Assembly: GCA_030599585.1 (NCBI GenBank)
Contig: JAUVNS010000001.1
Coordinates: 347,118 to 411,117, forward strand
Reading direction: 5' to 3'
DNA length: 64,000 nucleotides
DNA from: Promethearchaeota archaeon
GTDB taxonomy: Archaea; Asgardarchaeota; Lokiarchaeia; Sigyniarchaeales; SOKP01
The notes below the pieces were generated by a model. That model did no database searches and was not told the DNA's origin. It saw only the letters and a program-made list of their open reading frames with translations. Position numbers and translations under genes: made by a program. This document shows, in pieces, positions 29,165-38,775 of the stretch (positions are counted from its first letter, which is position 1; each line of letters starts with the position of its first letter).

Positions 29165-30592
29165 TTATTTTGAAAGATTTCTTTTCGCATCTTCAATTAT
29201 TTTCTCAAGATCGTTTCTAACATCGTCATCTAAAGGTGTTGGCTCGTGGTTTGCAAGGAGCTCTTCTTTGCGATTACGACATCGTTTTTCCATGTCAGTA
29301 GAATCCGCTTTTAGCCAAATATCGTAATTTTCCCTATCTAAAAGAGTGGGAAACCACAGTTCTTTCCTAATGTTTTTTGCTGTATGACGTTTGTTTAGAA
29401 AAGATCCTTTGGGTCCAACCTCATTAATGAGATCGGTAGCAAAAGTTTCGTCATCGAAGTTTAATAATCTATTAGTGCTTTCTAAATACGAAATGATTTC
29501 TGATTGCATGATCAGAATATCTAACGAAGTTCCCTGGTCCGCTCCACAGATTCCCATGTGCCCAAATATGTCTGCTCCGGAAGAAATCCCTAACGAAAGA
29601 GTAATCCCACTCTCAAGTCCGGCTTGAGCGTCTGGTCTTTTAGAATCTGTCAGTCCAGCATTAATATAGACTGGTAGTCCATAATATTTACCTATCTGAC
29701 TCATTGCAACGGAAAATATCGCTTGTTCAGGACCTCCAAAAATAATTTGGGTGTCCCTCATATCAAACGCATGACATATTCCACCATAACAAACGGGCAT
29801 TCCTTCGCGAATAAGTTGAGTAATGCAAATTGCCGCCAAAATTTCGGCGTTTTCTTGAGCTAAAGTCCCAGCAACAGTAGCTGGTGCGGAAATCCCCATT
29901 TGAGCCATTGGACCGATGTGCACAGGTAAATTGAGTCGAGCAGTCTCAAAAAGTAGATCTATCCCGTTAAAGGGAAAACTTAAGGGACTAATGGGTTCAA
30001 AGAGGGGGTAGAATAAAGGATATTTCTGAGCACTTTTGACATCCCCTCTAAGAACTACAAGAAGATCGATGAGATATTTTGCTGACTGTCTGTCAGTAAA
30101 CCAAAATGTGATAGGTTTATTAGTGTTTTTTATCATTTCAAAAGCTACTTGTATACTACGCCACTTCAGAGGAATTTCAAGCGGATCTGACATGGCACCG
30201 GGGATTGTTATTTGTTCTAAGGCATCACCAAGCCTAGTAGCTTCTGTAACATCGTTAAGAGTTGTATGTCTTCTTTGATCGCCTACATTATCTATCCAAA
30301 ACGCTTGACCCGCCGAAGAATTATAATTGCGCTTTCCTACTCCAAATTCTGCTTTTTTAGAAAGATCGCGACCATACATCGTGAAGGTTTTTCCGGCTTT
30401 CGAAATAAGTTCCATAACTAAACTGGGAGGAATTTTCACTAGATTCATTTTATGGTCCACAATTGCGCCACAACCTTCAAATTTTGTTAAAATTTCTTCG
30501 TGGGGCACATTCACGCCAGTATTTTCAAGGATCTCCAGAGTTTTCAGATGGACTTTTTCAATTTGGTGATCTTCTAGTATTTTAACTTGCAT
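29165..30592 (-). CDS. MttB-superfamily (non-pyrrolysine) corrinoid-dependent methyltransferase
   Basis: ILENTGV, PISPL, G..APAT.AG.LAQ.NAE.LA, TDSK.PDAQAG.E, VGPKGSFL...HT; no in-frame TAG. Confidence 0.85.
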   Translation of the reverse strand: MQVKILEDHQIEKVHLKTLEILENTGVNVPHEEILTKFEGCGAIVDHKMNLVKIPPSLVMELISKAGKTFTMYGRDLSKKAEFGVGKRNYNSSAGQAFWIDNVGDQRRHTTLNDVTEATRLGDALEQITIPGAMSDPLEIPLKWRSIQVAFEMIKNTNKPITFWFTDRQSAKYLIDLLVVLRGDVKSAQKYPLFYPLFEPISPLSFPFNGIDLLFETARLNLPVHIGPMAQMGISAPATVAGTLAQENAEILAAICITQLIREGMPVCYGGICHAFDMRDTQIIFGGPEQAIFSVAMSQIGKYYGLPVYINAGLTDSKRPDAQAGLESGITLSLGISSGADIFGHMGICGADQGTSLDILIMQSEIISYLESTNRLLNFDDETFATDLINEVGPKGSFLNKRHTAKNIRKELWFPTLLDRENYDIWLKADSTDMEKRCRNRKEELLANHEPTPLDDDVRNDLEKIIEDAKRNLSK

Positions 30593-30772
30593 CTATACTC
30601 ACTATTAATATTATTTTGAAAGGATAAAACAAGTTTCAGTTAATATTAACACTATTTGTTTTCAACTTTAAATACTTTTAATGTTTGAAAATAAGTAATT
30701 TTAAATGATGTTCATCAAAATGTAAGATAACGTACATTTACTATTAAAGAAATTAAGGATATAGCACTGATT

Positions 30773-32056
30773 ATGACGCCTAAAATTGGAGTAATCCTCC
30801 TTGGTTTTGGGGAACCACCGGAGTACAACGAACACACATATTACTCGTTCCGTAATCTCGGAAAGAGCCTTATCGATATGGGTATTATTCCTAAGATTGT
30901 CTTGAAATCAAAAAGAGGGACCATTCTAATGGAACGAAATAATATCTTTTCTGAGGAACCCCATCCAGAACCAGATCTGATAGACGCATGGCTGAAACCA
31001 CATACTGAATTTACTGAGTTTGTTCCATCACGTGAAAAGCTCTTTAGACTCATTACGGCTCCACGAAAAGCTCATTATCTTCTCAAGGGAATGGAACCCG
31101 GTCGGAATGAGCCCGATTTCTATCAATTTTATGGTTTTGCGATCTGCCGAAAATGGCTTATAATGGACAATCACTCTCCATTTTATGAACACACCCAACC
31201 CCAGAAAATTGAGGTTAAACAACGGTTGGAAAAAAAGTATGGTGATCAATTCTTAATTAGATTTGCCTATGGTAACGATCCATTTCCCGAGAAAAAAATA
31301 CAATCCCCTCATCTTGTAGTTAAGGAATTAATCAATGATGGATGCGAACTAATAGCTGTAGCTGAACATTTTCATGTAATCTCAGATTCAATGTCTAAAC
31401 ATTATTGTCGTCAATCGGTATTAGATGGAATTCATCAAACTGGAAGTCAGATCCCTGTAGTATTCGCGGATCAGATCGGTGACCATAAAGAATTGATTCG
31501 GGGTATTGTCCTCAAAGTTAAAGAAGAACTTTCGGCAGTGAAGCAAGGTATTGATGTAGCAATTTTCCTTTCTAACCATGGATTCCCTATCACCAAGGTT
31601 GGTCATTACGATGCGGGATCCGATTGTTATCACAAAAATAATAAAAAGGTTTTTGAGAGTACTGAAGAAGCAATCCAAAAAAATATTGAATGGTCTGGCA
31701 GACTCAAAGTAATACAAGTTTTTGCTGAATACACTGAGGAGAAATATAATCCCGATGGAATCAAAACCTCACCTTTAGATGCAATTAGGCATGTAGCTGC
31801 TGATGGTTTTCAGCAGGTAATTGATATTCCATACGAGTGGCCCGGAGACACCGTAGATACATTAATCAATCTCCGTTATGCCTATGGGATCGATCCACCA
31901 TATTGGGACGAAAATTTTGAGACTCGATTTGAGAGCAACGGTATTCCAATCAAGATATGCTCAGCACTTTTTCACACTGAGTGCCGTATCAAAGCTTATT
32001 TTGAAAGAGCTTGCGAAGCCGTGGATCAATGTATAATGCTACTAAAAGAAAGATAA
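30773..32056 (+). CDS. Divergent ferrochelatase-like (class II chelatase) protein
   Basis: IGVILLGFGEP N-terminus, FLSNHGFP, PYEWPGDTVDTL resembling HemH motifs. Confidence 0.6.
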   Translation: MTPKIGVILLGFGEPPEYNEHTYYSFRNLGKSLIDMGIIPKIVLKSKRGTILMERNNIFSEEPHPEPDLIDAWLKPHTEFTEFVPSREKLFRLITAPRKAHYLLKGMEPGRNEPDFYQFYGFAICRKWLIMDNHSPFYEHTQPQKIEVKQRLEKKYGDQFLIRFAYGNDPFPEKKIQSPHLVVKELINDGCELIAVAEHFHVISDSMSKHYCRQSVLDGIHQTGSQIPVVFADQIGDHKELIRGIVLKVKEELSAVKQGIDVAIFLSNHGFPITKVGHYDAGSDCYHKNNKKVFESTEEAIQKNIEWSGRLKVIQVFAEYTEEKYNPDGIKTSPLDAIRHVAADGFQQVIDIPYEWPGDTVDTLINLRYAYGIDPPYWDENFETRFESNGIPIKICSALFHTECRIKAYFERACEAVDQCIMLLKER

Positions 32057-32251
32057 AATTTCATGTTATACTTTTAACCTTTATAATTAACTGATCTAAA
32101 TTTCCGCCAATATGTTGAGATGAGTAGTAGGAGCGGATTAATTTATATTCAATAATCTAAAGAAATTAATAAGTATCTAAATATTATTCACTCGTGAGAC
32201 TCTATATTAATTATACTTTTAAGGTGAATTAATTTACCAGTTCAAAACTTT

Positions 32252-32719
32252 ATGGAATTGTATAAATTTCTACCAAAAACCAACTGCAAAAAATGCGGAA
32301 AGCCTACATGTATGGCGTTTAGTTTGGATTTATTGATGGGTAAAGTTAAAATCGACGATTGTCCTCCGCTTTTAGAATCAAAGTATAAAAAACAATACGA
32401 TACACTAAAGGAAATTCTTGGTTCAGAAGAAGGGCAACAAAAGGAGCTAAAAATAAATATAGATGAGGATCTCTGCGATGGTTGTGGAATCTGTGTCACT
32501 GTTTGTCCCGTAAATGCAAGATACTGTCCATCAAGTTTAAGTGGTAAAGCTCCAGAATATCCTCCTGAAGAGCACCAGCTCTTTCAAGTAGTTGGAGGAA
32601 AATGTGAATTGTTAAAAATTGAACATTGTAGAAGGTTAGAATCGGGGGGAAGAGAAAGGGAGTGTCGAGTCTGTGAAACCTATTGCCCTCGCGAAGCTGT
32701 TAAGATTGAATATGTTTAA
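32252..32719 (+). CDS. Fe-S protein (FwdG-like): N-terminal Fe-S domain plus 2[4Fe-4S] ferredoxin
   Basis: LPKTNCKKCG.PTCMAF...CPP; CDGCGICVTVCP; CRVCETYCP. Confidence 0.8.
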   Translation: MELYKFLPKTNCKKCGKPTCMAFSLDLLMGKVKIDDCPPLLESKYKKQYDTLKEILGSEEGQQKELKINIDEDLCDGCGICVTVCPVNARYCPSSLSGKAPEYPPEEHQLFQVVGGKCELLKIEHCRRLESGGRERECRVCETYCPREAVKIEYV

Positions 32720-32754
32720 TTAGTGATTTACTAAAATTTATTGAGGAATTTGTT

Positions 32755-34062
32755 ATGAAAAGGTTTACGTGTTCAGGTTGTTCGCTCCTATGCAATGATA
32801 TCATCGTTCAAAGCGATGGAATATTTATTAGTGAAGTAATAGGGGCTTGTTTAAAGGGAAAAGAAAGGTTTGATCAAGTGAGTGCTAAAAACAGGATTAC
32901 TAGCCCATTGATTAGAAAGAATGGCGAATTGATTGAGGTATCTTGGGATGAAGCAATGAATTCAGTTGCAGAAATCTTAAAAAAATCTAATAAACCTCTT
33001 CTTTATGGATTTTCAAATGTAACGTGCGAAGCTCAAGAAGCAGGTATAAAATTAGCAAGAGAAATCAATGGATTCATAGACTCAAATGCTTCAATTTGTC
33101 AAGGGAAGTTCTTAAAGAAAGCAAAAAGCCTAGGGATAAATTTTACGACCATTACCGAAGTTATTAACAAAGGAGATTTGATAATTCTATGGGGAGCTAA
33201 TCCCGCAGAGACAATTCCTAGATTGCTAAATAAACTTCTCTTCTCCCGAGGTAAATTTCGTATGACGGGAAGAGAAATTAAAACTCTAGTAATAATCGAT
33301 CCTGTAAAGACAGCATCTTTCAGAGTTATGGGCGTCCGAGACCTCGCATTGATGATTGAACCAAATAAAGACATTGAACTTATACGAATGCTAAAAGAAG
33401 AGTGTTGTTCTGCAGATAGCATACCTTCGGAAGGAGTAGCAGGAATAGATAAAAGCGATCTTAAACGCTTATTACTCCATCTTACTGGTGCAGAGAATGG
33501 AGTGATTATTGTAGGTCAAGGAGTTATTCAGCCTTATCCTGAATATGATTTAGTAGAAGAACTATTAAATTTATTACAACTGATAAACGAAAGACAAGAA
33601 AAAGGACGAATCTCTTTAATGTTATTGGGAGGACATTTTAACATGGCGGGCTTCGACCATGTAGCGCTTTCTGCTTATGGAGTTTCGGGTCATTTAGAAT
33701 TTGGAGGTAATCAACTGATAAAGACAAAAGATGGCTTCGTCTCAAAAATTGAAAAGAATGACTTCGATTGTTCCATCATTGTTGGAACAGACCCCATTTC
33801 TCATTTACCTTATGATTTAAGCTCAAAAATGGCAAAAAAGGCACTAATCCTTATAGATAACCATAACACAGCTACTTCACAAATAGCAGAGGTAGTATTA
33901 CCAACAACAATAACGGGAATTGAAAGCGGCGGATTAGCTTATCGTTTAGATCAAGTACCCATTGAATTAAATAAAATAATAAATCCACCTAATAACCTTC
34001 CATCAGACGAGGAATTACTTAATCAATTGATTGGATTATTAAATCAAGGGGGGTCGGAATAA
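32755..34062 (+). CDS. fwdB: Formylmethanofuran dehydrogenase subunit B-like (divergent)
   Basis: CSGCSLLC...C, VSWDEA, CEAQ, ASICQG, WGANP, GHFN..GF, AYRLD.VP. Confidence 0.85.
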   Translation: MKRFTCSGCSLLCNDIIVQSDGIFISEVIGACLKGKERFDQVSAKNRITSPLIRKNGELIEVSWDEAMNSVAEILKKSNKPLLYGFSNVTCEAQEAGIKLAREINGFIDSNASICQGKFLKKAKSLGINFTTITEVINKGDLIILWGANPAETIPRLLNKLLFSRGKFRMTGREIKTLVIIDPVKTASFRVMGVRDLALMIEPNKDIELIRMLKEECCSADSIPSEGVAGIDKSDLKRLLLHLTGAENGVIIVGQGVIQPYPEYDLVEELLNLLQLINERQEKGRISLMLLGGHFNMAGFDHVALSAYGVSGHLEFGGNQLIKTKDGFVSKIEKNDFDCSIIVGTDPISHLPYDLSSKMAKKALILIDNHNTATSQIAEVVLPTTITGIESGGLAYRLDQVPIELNKIINPPNNLPSDEELLNQLIGLLNQGGSE

Positions 34063-34063
34063 C

Positions 34064-34441
34064 TTGGAATTTATATTAAATTCGATTAGAAGAATTGATA
34101 ACGATCAAGTAAAAGAATACACTTTTGGGACTGAGCAATCATTAGAAGAGAAATTAGCTATTTGTTTTATTAATCCTAAAGATTTTGAAAAATTAAACTT
34201 AGTGTCAAGTCTGCATTTAAAAATATCAAATAAAGAGAAGCATGTTATAGTAAAGGTTGAGAAGGATGATGATGTTCCAGATGGAACGGTTTTAATGCCC
34301 GTTTCTATATGGTCAAATCGGTTATCGGTAGTTCAAAATAATGAAATTCTCTATAAAAACATCGTTGTGGATATGGAAGCTACACGCGAGCCAATAATGA
34401 AATTTAAAGAAATTATTCAAGAACTTGTGGTGAAAAAATAA
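34064..34441 (+). CDS. fwdD: Formylmethanofuran dehydrogenase subunit D-like (divergent)
   Basis: CFINPKD, VPDGTVLMP...WSN, YK; located between fwdB and fwdA. Confidence 0.75.
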   Translation: MEFILNSIRRIDNDQVKEYTFGTEQSLEEKLAICFINPKDFEKLNLVSSLHLKISNKEKHVIVKVEKDDDVPDGTVLMPVSIWSNRLSVVQNNEILYKNIVVDMEATREPIMKFKEIIQELVVKK

Positions 34442-34442
34442 G

Positions 34443-36107
34443 ATGACAAACCTTCTTGTAAAAAACGGTTTTGTTTTTGATCCCTTTAATAACATAGAAG
34501 GCGAGAAAAAGGACATTTTAATTGAAGATGGCAAAGTCGTAGATAAATTCGCAAGTAGTAGCGATATTAGGGAAATAGATGCTAAAGGGAAAACAGTTGT
34601 TCCAGCGGCGGTAGAGATTCACGCACATGTAGCCTCCCAGCAACTTAATTGGGCTCGATTACTTGGTTCTAACAACCAAGATTTTCAGGATCAATGGAAC
34701 GGCTTGACTTTAAATACTATCGCTAAAGATTATGTTTCTAACGGATATACTTTTATCCTTGAAGCTAACGTTTTCCCATCGCTAACAAAACAGACAATTT
34801 TTGATTTAAAACGATTACCCGTACTAGATAAGGCGTTCTTATTAAACACCAGCAATTTATGGACTCTAGAACTTGAGTTCCAGAAAGAGATGGTCGAAGA
34901 AGGTGCTGCTTTATTATCAGATCTATTAGAGAAAGTTAAAGGTTTTGGTTTGAAAGCCTACAATCCTTTCGAAGCAGAGTATTGGAATTGGAAAGTGGTT
35001 AGAAAAAACCTAACCGATAAAGGAAGACTATTCAATTTCGCTCCTATGGATGTGTATGAAAAACTACCGAGATTTGTTGAGCACTTAGGGTTACCTCATT
35101 CTATTCACGCTCATATTGAAGGATGCGAATCCCAATATTCTAAAGAAAATTTATTTGCTACTTTAAATAAGGTGAAATTGCTTGGATTAAAACCCAATCC
35201 AAAAAATGATTTTGAAATAAAGCGATCTCAAATATTTCATCTTGCACATGCTTCAAGTTATAACATTGACGGGAATAACTCTGAGTTGATTAAATTTTAC
35301 AGCGAAAATCATGACTTTGACATGGATTTGGGATTTGTAGGTTTTAACACAATAAATCCATTAATTACCTCTGATAGGCATCTTATAAACAAGCTAAATA
35401 ATTCAACAAACCCATACAAAATAATTAGATATTCTGTAGAAACTGAAGGAGACTCGTTTGCAACTCTCAGAAATTTCAGTAAAAAGAAGAAAGAAGATTG
35501 CGTAATGTGGGCGAACGCTATTGATTTAGCATTAAACATATCTCCATGGCAACTACAGTTTTCAGTAAATTATCCAAACTACGCCGATATAACAAATCTT
35601 CCTGAAATCGCAAGTTGGTTAATAAGTAATGAAGCTCGCAAACATTTTATGAAAGATATTGACGCTAGCTTTTTAAACGATAATACTCTTATCAGCAATG
35701 ATGAAGTATTACCATTTAATGATTTTATTATTTTAACTCGGTCGAGTCCTGCTAAGTCTCTCGGTATTGGGAGCATTAAAGGGAACTTAAGTTTAGGAGC
35801 TGACGGCGACCTCAACATTCTAAACTTGAATTTAAACGAAACTGACATTTCAAGAGACTATGAAAAATTCAAATCTGCCCTTAGTAATATTGAATACGTA
35901 ATTAAAGCAGGTCAAATAATAAAAAACCACGAAAAAATCAATCTGGGCGGGTCAGGAAAAATCCTATGGGCTTCCGGTAAGCCTGAAAAAGAAGACACTA
36001 CATCAATCTTAGCAAAGAAAGAAGATTTTTACCGAAAATATTATTCTAATTTCTATGATTCTTACTCCACAACTATCAATAAAAAAATATTGAGAAAAAT
36101 AGCTTAA
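34443..36107 (+). CDS. fwdA: Formylmethanofuran dehydrogenase subunit A-like amidohydrolase (divergent)
   Basis: KNGFVFDP.N, EIHAH, GYT, LGLPHSIHAH, TRSSPAKSLG, KGNL..GADGD. Confidence 0.85.
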   Translation: MTNLLVKNGFVFDPFNNIEGEKKDILIEDGKVVDKFASSSDIREIDAKGKTVVPAAVEIHAHVASQQLNWARLLGSNNQDFQDQWNGLTLNTIAKDYVSNGYTFILEANVFPSLTKQTIFDLKRLPVLDKAFLLNTSNLWTLELEFQKEMVEEGAALLSDLLEKVKGFGLKAYNPFEAEYWNWKVVRKNLTDKGRLFNFAPMDVYEKLPRFVEHLGLPHSIHAHIEGCESQYSKENLFATLNKVKLLGLKPNPKNDFEIKRSQIFHLAHASSYNIDGNNSELIKFYSENHDFDMDLGFVGFNTINPLITSDRHLINKLNNSTNPYKIIRYSVETEGDSFATLRNFSKKKKEDCVMWANAIDLALNISPWQLQFSVNYPNYADITNLPEIASWLISNEARKHFMKDIDASFLNDNTLISNDEVLPFNDFIILTRSSPAKSLGIGSIKGNLSLGADGDLNILNLNLNETDISRDYEKFKSALSNIEYVIKAGQIIKNHEKINLGGSGKILWASGKPEKEDTTSILAKKEDFYRKYYSNFYDSYSTTINKKILRKIA

Positions 36108-36118
36108 AACAATCTAAT

Positions 36119-36919
36119 CTAACCATCTTTCTTATTATTAACAAAATCTAAAAACGCCTTGACAACCATATGAAATTTAGGGTCTGATGTCACTGTTAAG
36201 TGATCTTGACCTTGGATTTGAAAGTGACACGCATCTGGTACTATTTGAGCCACTAAGGTCTTATCTCCGAGGAGAACTTCACTAGAACCTACGACAGTCA
36301 TTACAGGTACATTAATCTTCTTAAGAGATCCTCTTATTTGGGCGGGTGTCATAGTTTCGGGATAATATTTAAGATCGCCAGCCTGTACAGCAGCCAAAGC
36401 AAGTAAATCATTATCTCTTGATTCTGCGATCATACGGAACGCACGAGCCATAGGTTTTTTAACTTGATCGATACTTTCTGCTCTGAACGCTTCCACAATC
36501 TGTTGAGCAGTTTTATGATCCTTTGCTATTTCTTTCTCATTTAATGTTAAAACAAATCCCCCAAGAATAGCAGATATGATAATCTCTGGATTAGTCAGCA
36601 ATAAGTGATATGTTATATAAGCTCCCATTGAGTAACCAAATAAATTAGCTTTTTCAATAGAGAGGTGTTTCATAAGTTTTTTGATGTCATCACTCATTTT
36701 TTGCCCATAAGAAGAATCGTCGTGAGGTTTATCACTTCTTCCATGACCTCGGCAATCTAGAAGAATTAACTGATAACTGTCTTTTAGAGTCTTTACCCAA
36801 TTTGTTTCCTTCCAACTAATTTCAAGATTTCCAGTAAATCCATGAATCATTACTACTGGGGGGCCTTCTCCTTCAATTTCGTAATAGATTTTTATTCCAT
36901 CATTATTAAAATATGGCAT
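36119..36919 (-). CDS. Alpha/beta hydrolase
   Basis: IHGF, DCRGHGRS, GYSMG nucleophile elbow, C-terminal DH. Confidence 0.9.
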   Translation of the reverse strand: MPYFNNDGIKIYYEIEGEGPPVVMIHGFTGNLEISWKETNWVKTLKDSYQLILLDCRGHGRSDKPHDDSSYGQKMSDDIKKLMKHLSIEKANLFGYSMGAYITYHLLLTNPEIIISAILGGFVLTLNEKEIAKDHKTAQQIVEAFRAESIDQVKKPMARAFRMIAESRDNDLLALAAVQAGDLKYYPETMTPAQIRGSLKKINVPVMTVVGSSEVLLGDKTLVAQIVPDACHFQIQGQDHLTVTSDPKFHMVVKAFLDFVNNKKDG

Positions 36920-37151
36920 TCTAATTCCTCTCCATCTATATCTTTTACTTTAGATTTATAGGTTAACCTAAGATTTGAATATTTTTAACATTTTTGACTA
37001 ATTTTTAATGTCTTTTGAATTAAATTCAATCCAATAAAAACATCGCTTCTCCCTATAAGAGGAACTTACTTTCCTAAGAAACAAAAAGAAAGATAATATG
37101 ATACTATCTTTAGTTGACCAATTTTGAATTAATTACATGAATTGAGTTACT

Positions 37152-38291
37152 TTATCTATTCTTATGTCGTAAACGACTAGGTATTCGTTTTTCGGCTTTT
37201 GAAGTAGGTTTTGTTGAATCAGAAGATTTTGCGTAAACATACTTAACTCTTCCTGGTTTTTTCCTCAAAATTCGCGTCGTACTTACTACCATTAATAATG
37301 CTATTGAACCAATTGCGAAGTAAGTCCAAGGAAGATCAGTAATATTCCACTTACCAGGGATAGGTACACTCCACGATAATCTTGGATCGTAGGATGCATT
37401 AGTTAACTCACCGAAATTTATGTAAATCACTCCATTATTAGAAGGTACAGAGGATTTGGGTATAGTCGTATTTACAATAGTAGGTGTCCCATCTGTGATT
37501 GCCCAATTATACCATTCATATTCTACCATGTATTCTCCGGTTGAGCTTTTCACCGATAATCCTGTATTTGAGAAGATAAGGTTGTGAGTTGCATTTAACG
37601 ATAGTTTTAGGGCCAGATTCGTACCAGGCGTAAGTGGTCCATAATTTGTAAAAGTTAAGTAAGATTTTAATTCATTCGGAGCCATTAAACCAACTTGACG
37701 AGCAAGCAATACATGTTCTCGAGATGTATAAAGATTTACTTTAAACACCCCACCTAGGGTCGAATATATCGAATAATAAGATGGTCGACCGTCAACACCA
37801 TAACCGAATTGAGTACGCGTTATGTTGTCCAGCGTTGTTTGTGCAATAACTACATCTAAAGCTGGTTCGAAAAATCCGTTAGCATCGGAATCTGTGAATT
37901 CAATTAGCGACTCATATTTTACGACAAACTCTAATAAAGGAATTTCTGTTGATACATCGTCGTAAAGTTTCGAACGTATTTCTAAATGGGAACTAAATCC
38001 AGCATGTGATATATCTAAATTATGACCAACTTCGTGGTTTCCACTAATTGGAGTAGTTTCGGTTCCATAACTGCGAAAAGTGAGAATCTCATCCGTTATA
38101 TCGAAAAATAACGGTTGTACTGCTCTATCCTCTTCAAGATCGGGGATCGTATCACCATCGCTATCTGATGCTGCGACGATGTCGTTAAATATTAGCATTC
38201 CAAGTGAAAGCGTAGATAGTATGCCGAAAACCGCAATTAAAACTCCTATGTTCACATGAGGTTTATCCCTCACAAATTTTTCTTTTGACAT
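37152..38291 (-). CDS. Membrane-anchored extracellular protein (N- and C-terminal TM helices)
   Basis: TM at about aa 15-36 and near the C-terminus; DSDGD Ca-binding-like loop; basic cytoplasmic tail. Confidence 0.7.
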   Translation of the reverse strand: MSKEKFVRDKPHVNIGVLIAVFGILSTLSLGMLIFNDIVAASDSDGDTIPDLEEDRAVQPLFFDITDEILTFRSYGTETTPISGNHEVGHNLDISHAGFSSHLEIRSKLYDDVSTEIPLLEFVVKYESLIEFTDSDANGFFEPALDVVIAQTTLDNITRTQFGYGVDGRPSYYSIYSTLGGVFKVNLYTSREHVLLARQVGLMAPNELKSYLTFTNYGPLTPGTNLALKLSLNATHNLIFSNTGLSVKSSTGEYMVEYEWYNWAITDGTPTIVNTTIPKSSVPSNNGVIYINFGELTNASYDPRLSWSVPIPGKWNITDLPWTYFAIGSIALLMVVSTTRILRKKPGRVKYVYAKSSDSTKPTSKAEKRIPSRLRHKNR

Positions 38292-38775
38292 TATTTAAAC
38301 CTTATTTTAGAATTTTAGCTATATCCTATTGTTTTCTTAATACCTTCAATAAAAAAAGATTTGGATTATATTATATTTATTCAGATAACAAACGCCTTAT
38401 AGGAAACATAGCTTTTTCAAATTAAATTTTTAAGTAATAGATTTCATTAATTTTGACAAAAATGTTGTTTCTATTCTTGCCCTATGCTTCAATATATTCC
38501 GAATAATTTTATCCTGTTACAAAATCCCATTATCATGGGCGATATTGATCATTTTATTGTTCGAAGAAGTAAAATTAATAACCAAATACCAAATATTTAT
38601 ATACTTCTTCACCATAATTCACTTGTGGTAATTGATAAATTTATGTAATTTTTCATGCATAATTATTATTTTCATAAATTTGTACGACTAAAAACAGGCA
38701 TTACTTTATCAATTTAAAAAATTTAAGTTATGAATAAGATAATTCGATAACGAAAAACAGTATTAGAGGTGTATT

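Noticed and set aside
29165-30592. Pyrrolysine-containing MttB
   Set aside because: The ORF is full length with no in-frame TAG.
32755-34062. Selenocysteine-containing FwdB
   Set aside because: The ligand position is TGT (Cys) in SICQG and there is no in-frame TGA.
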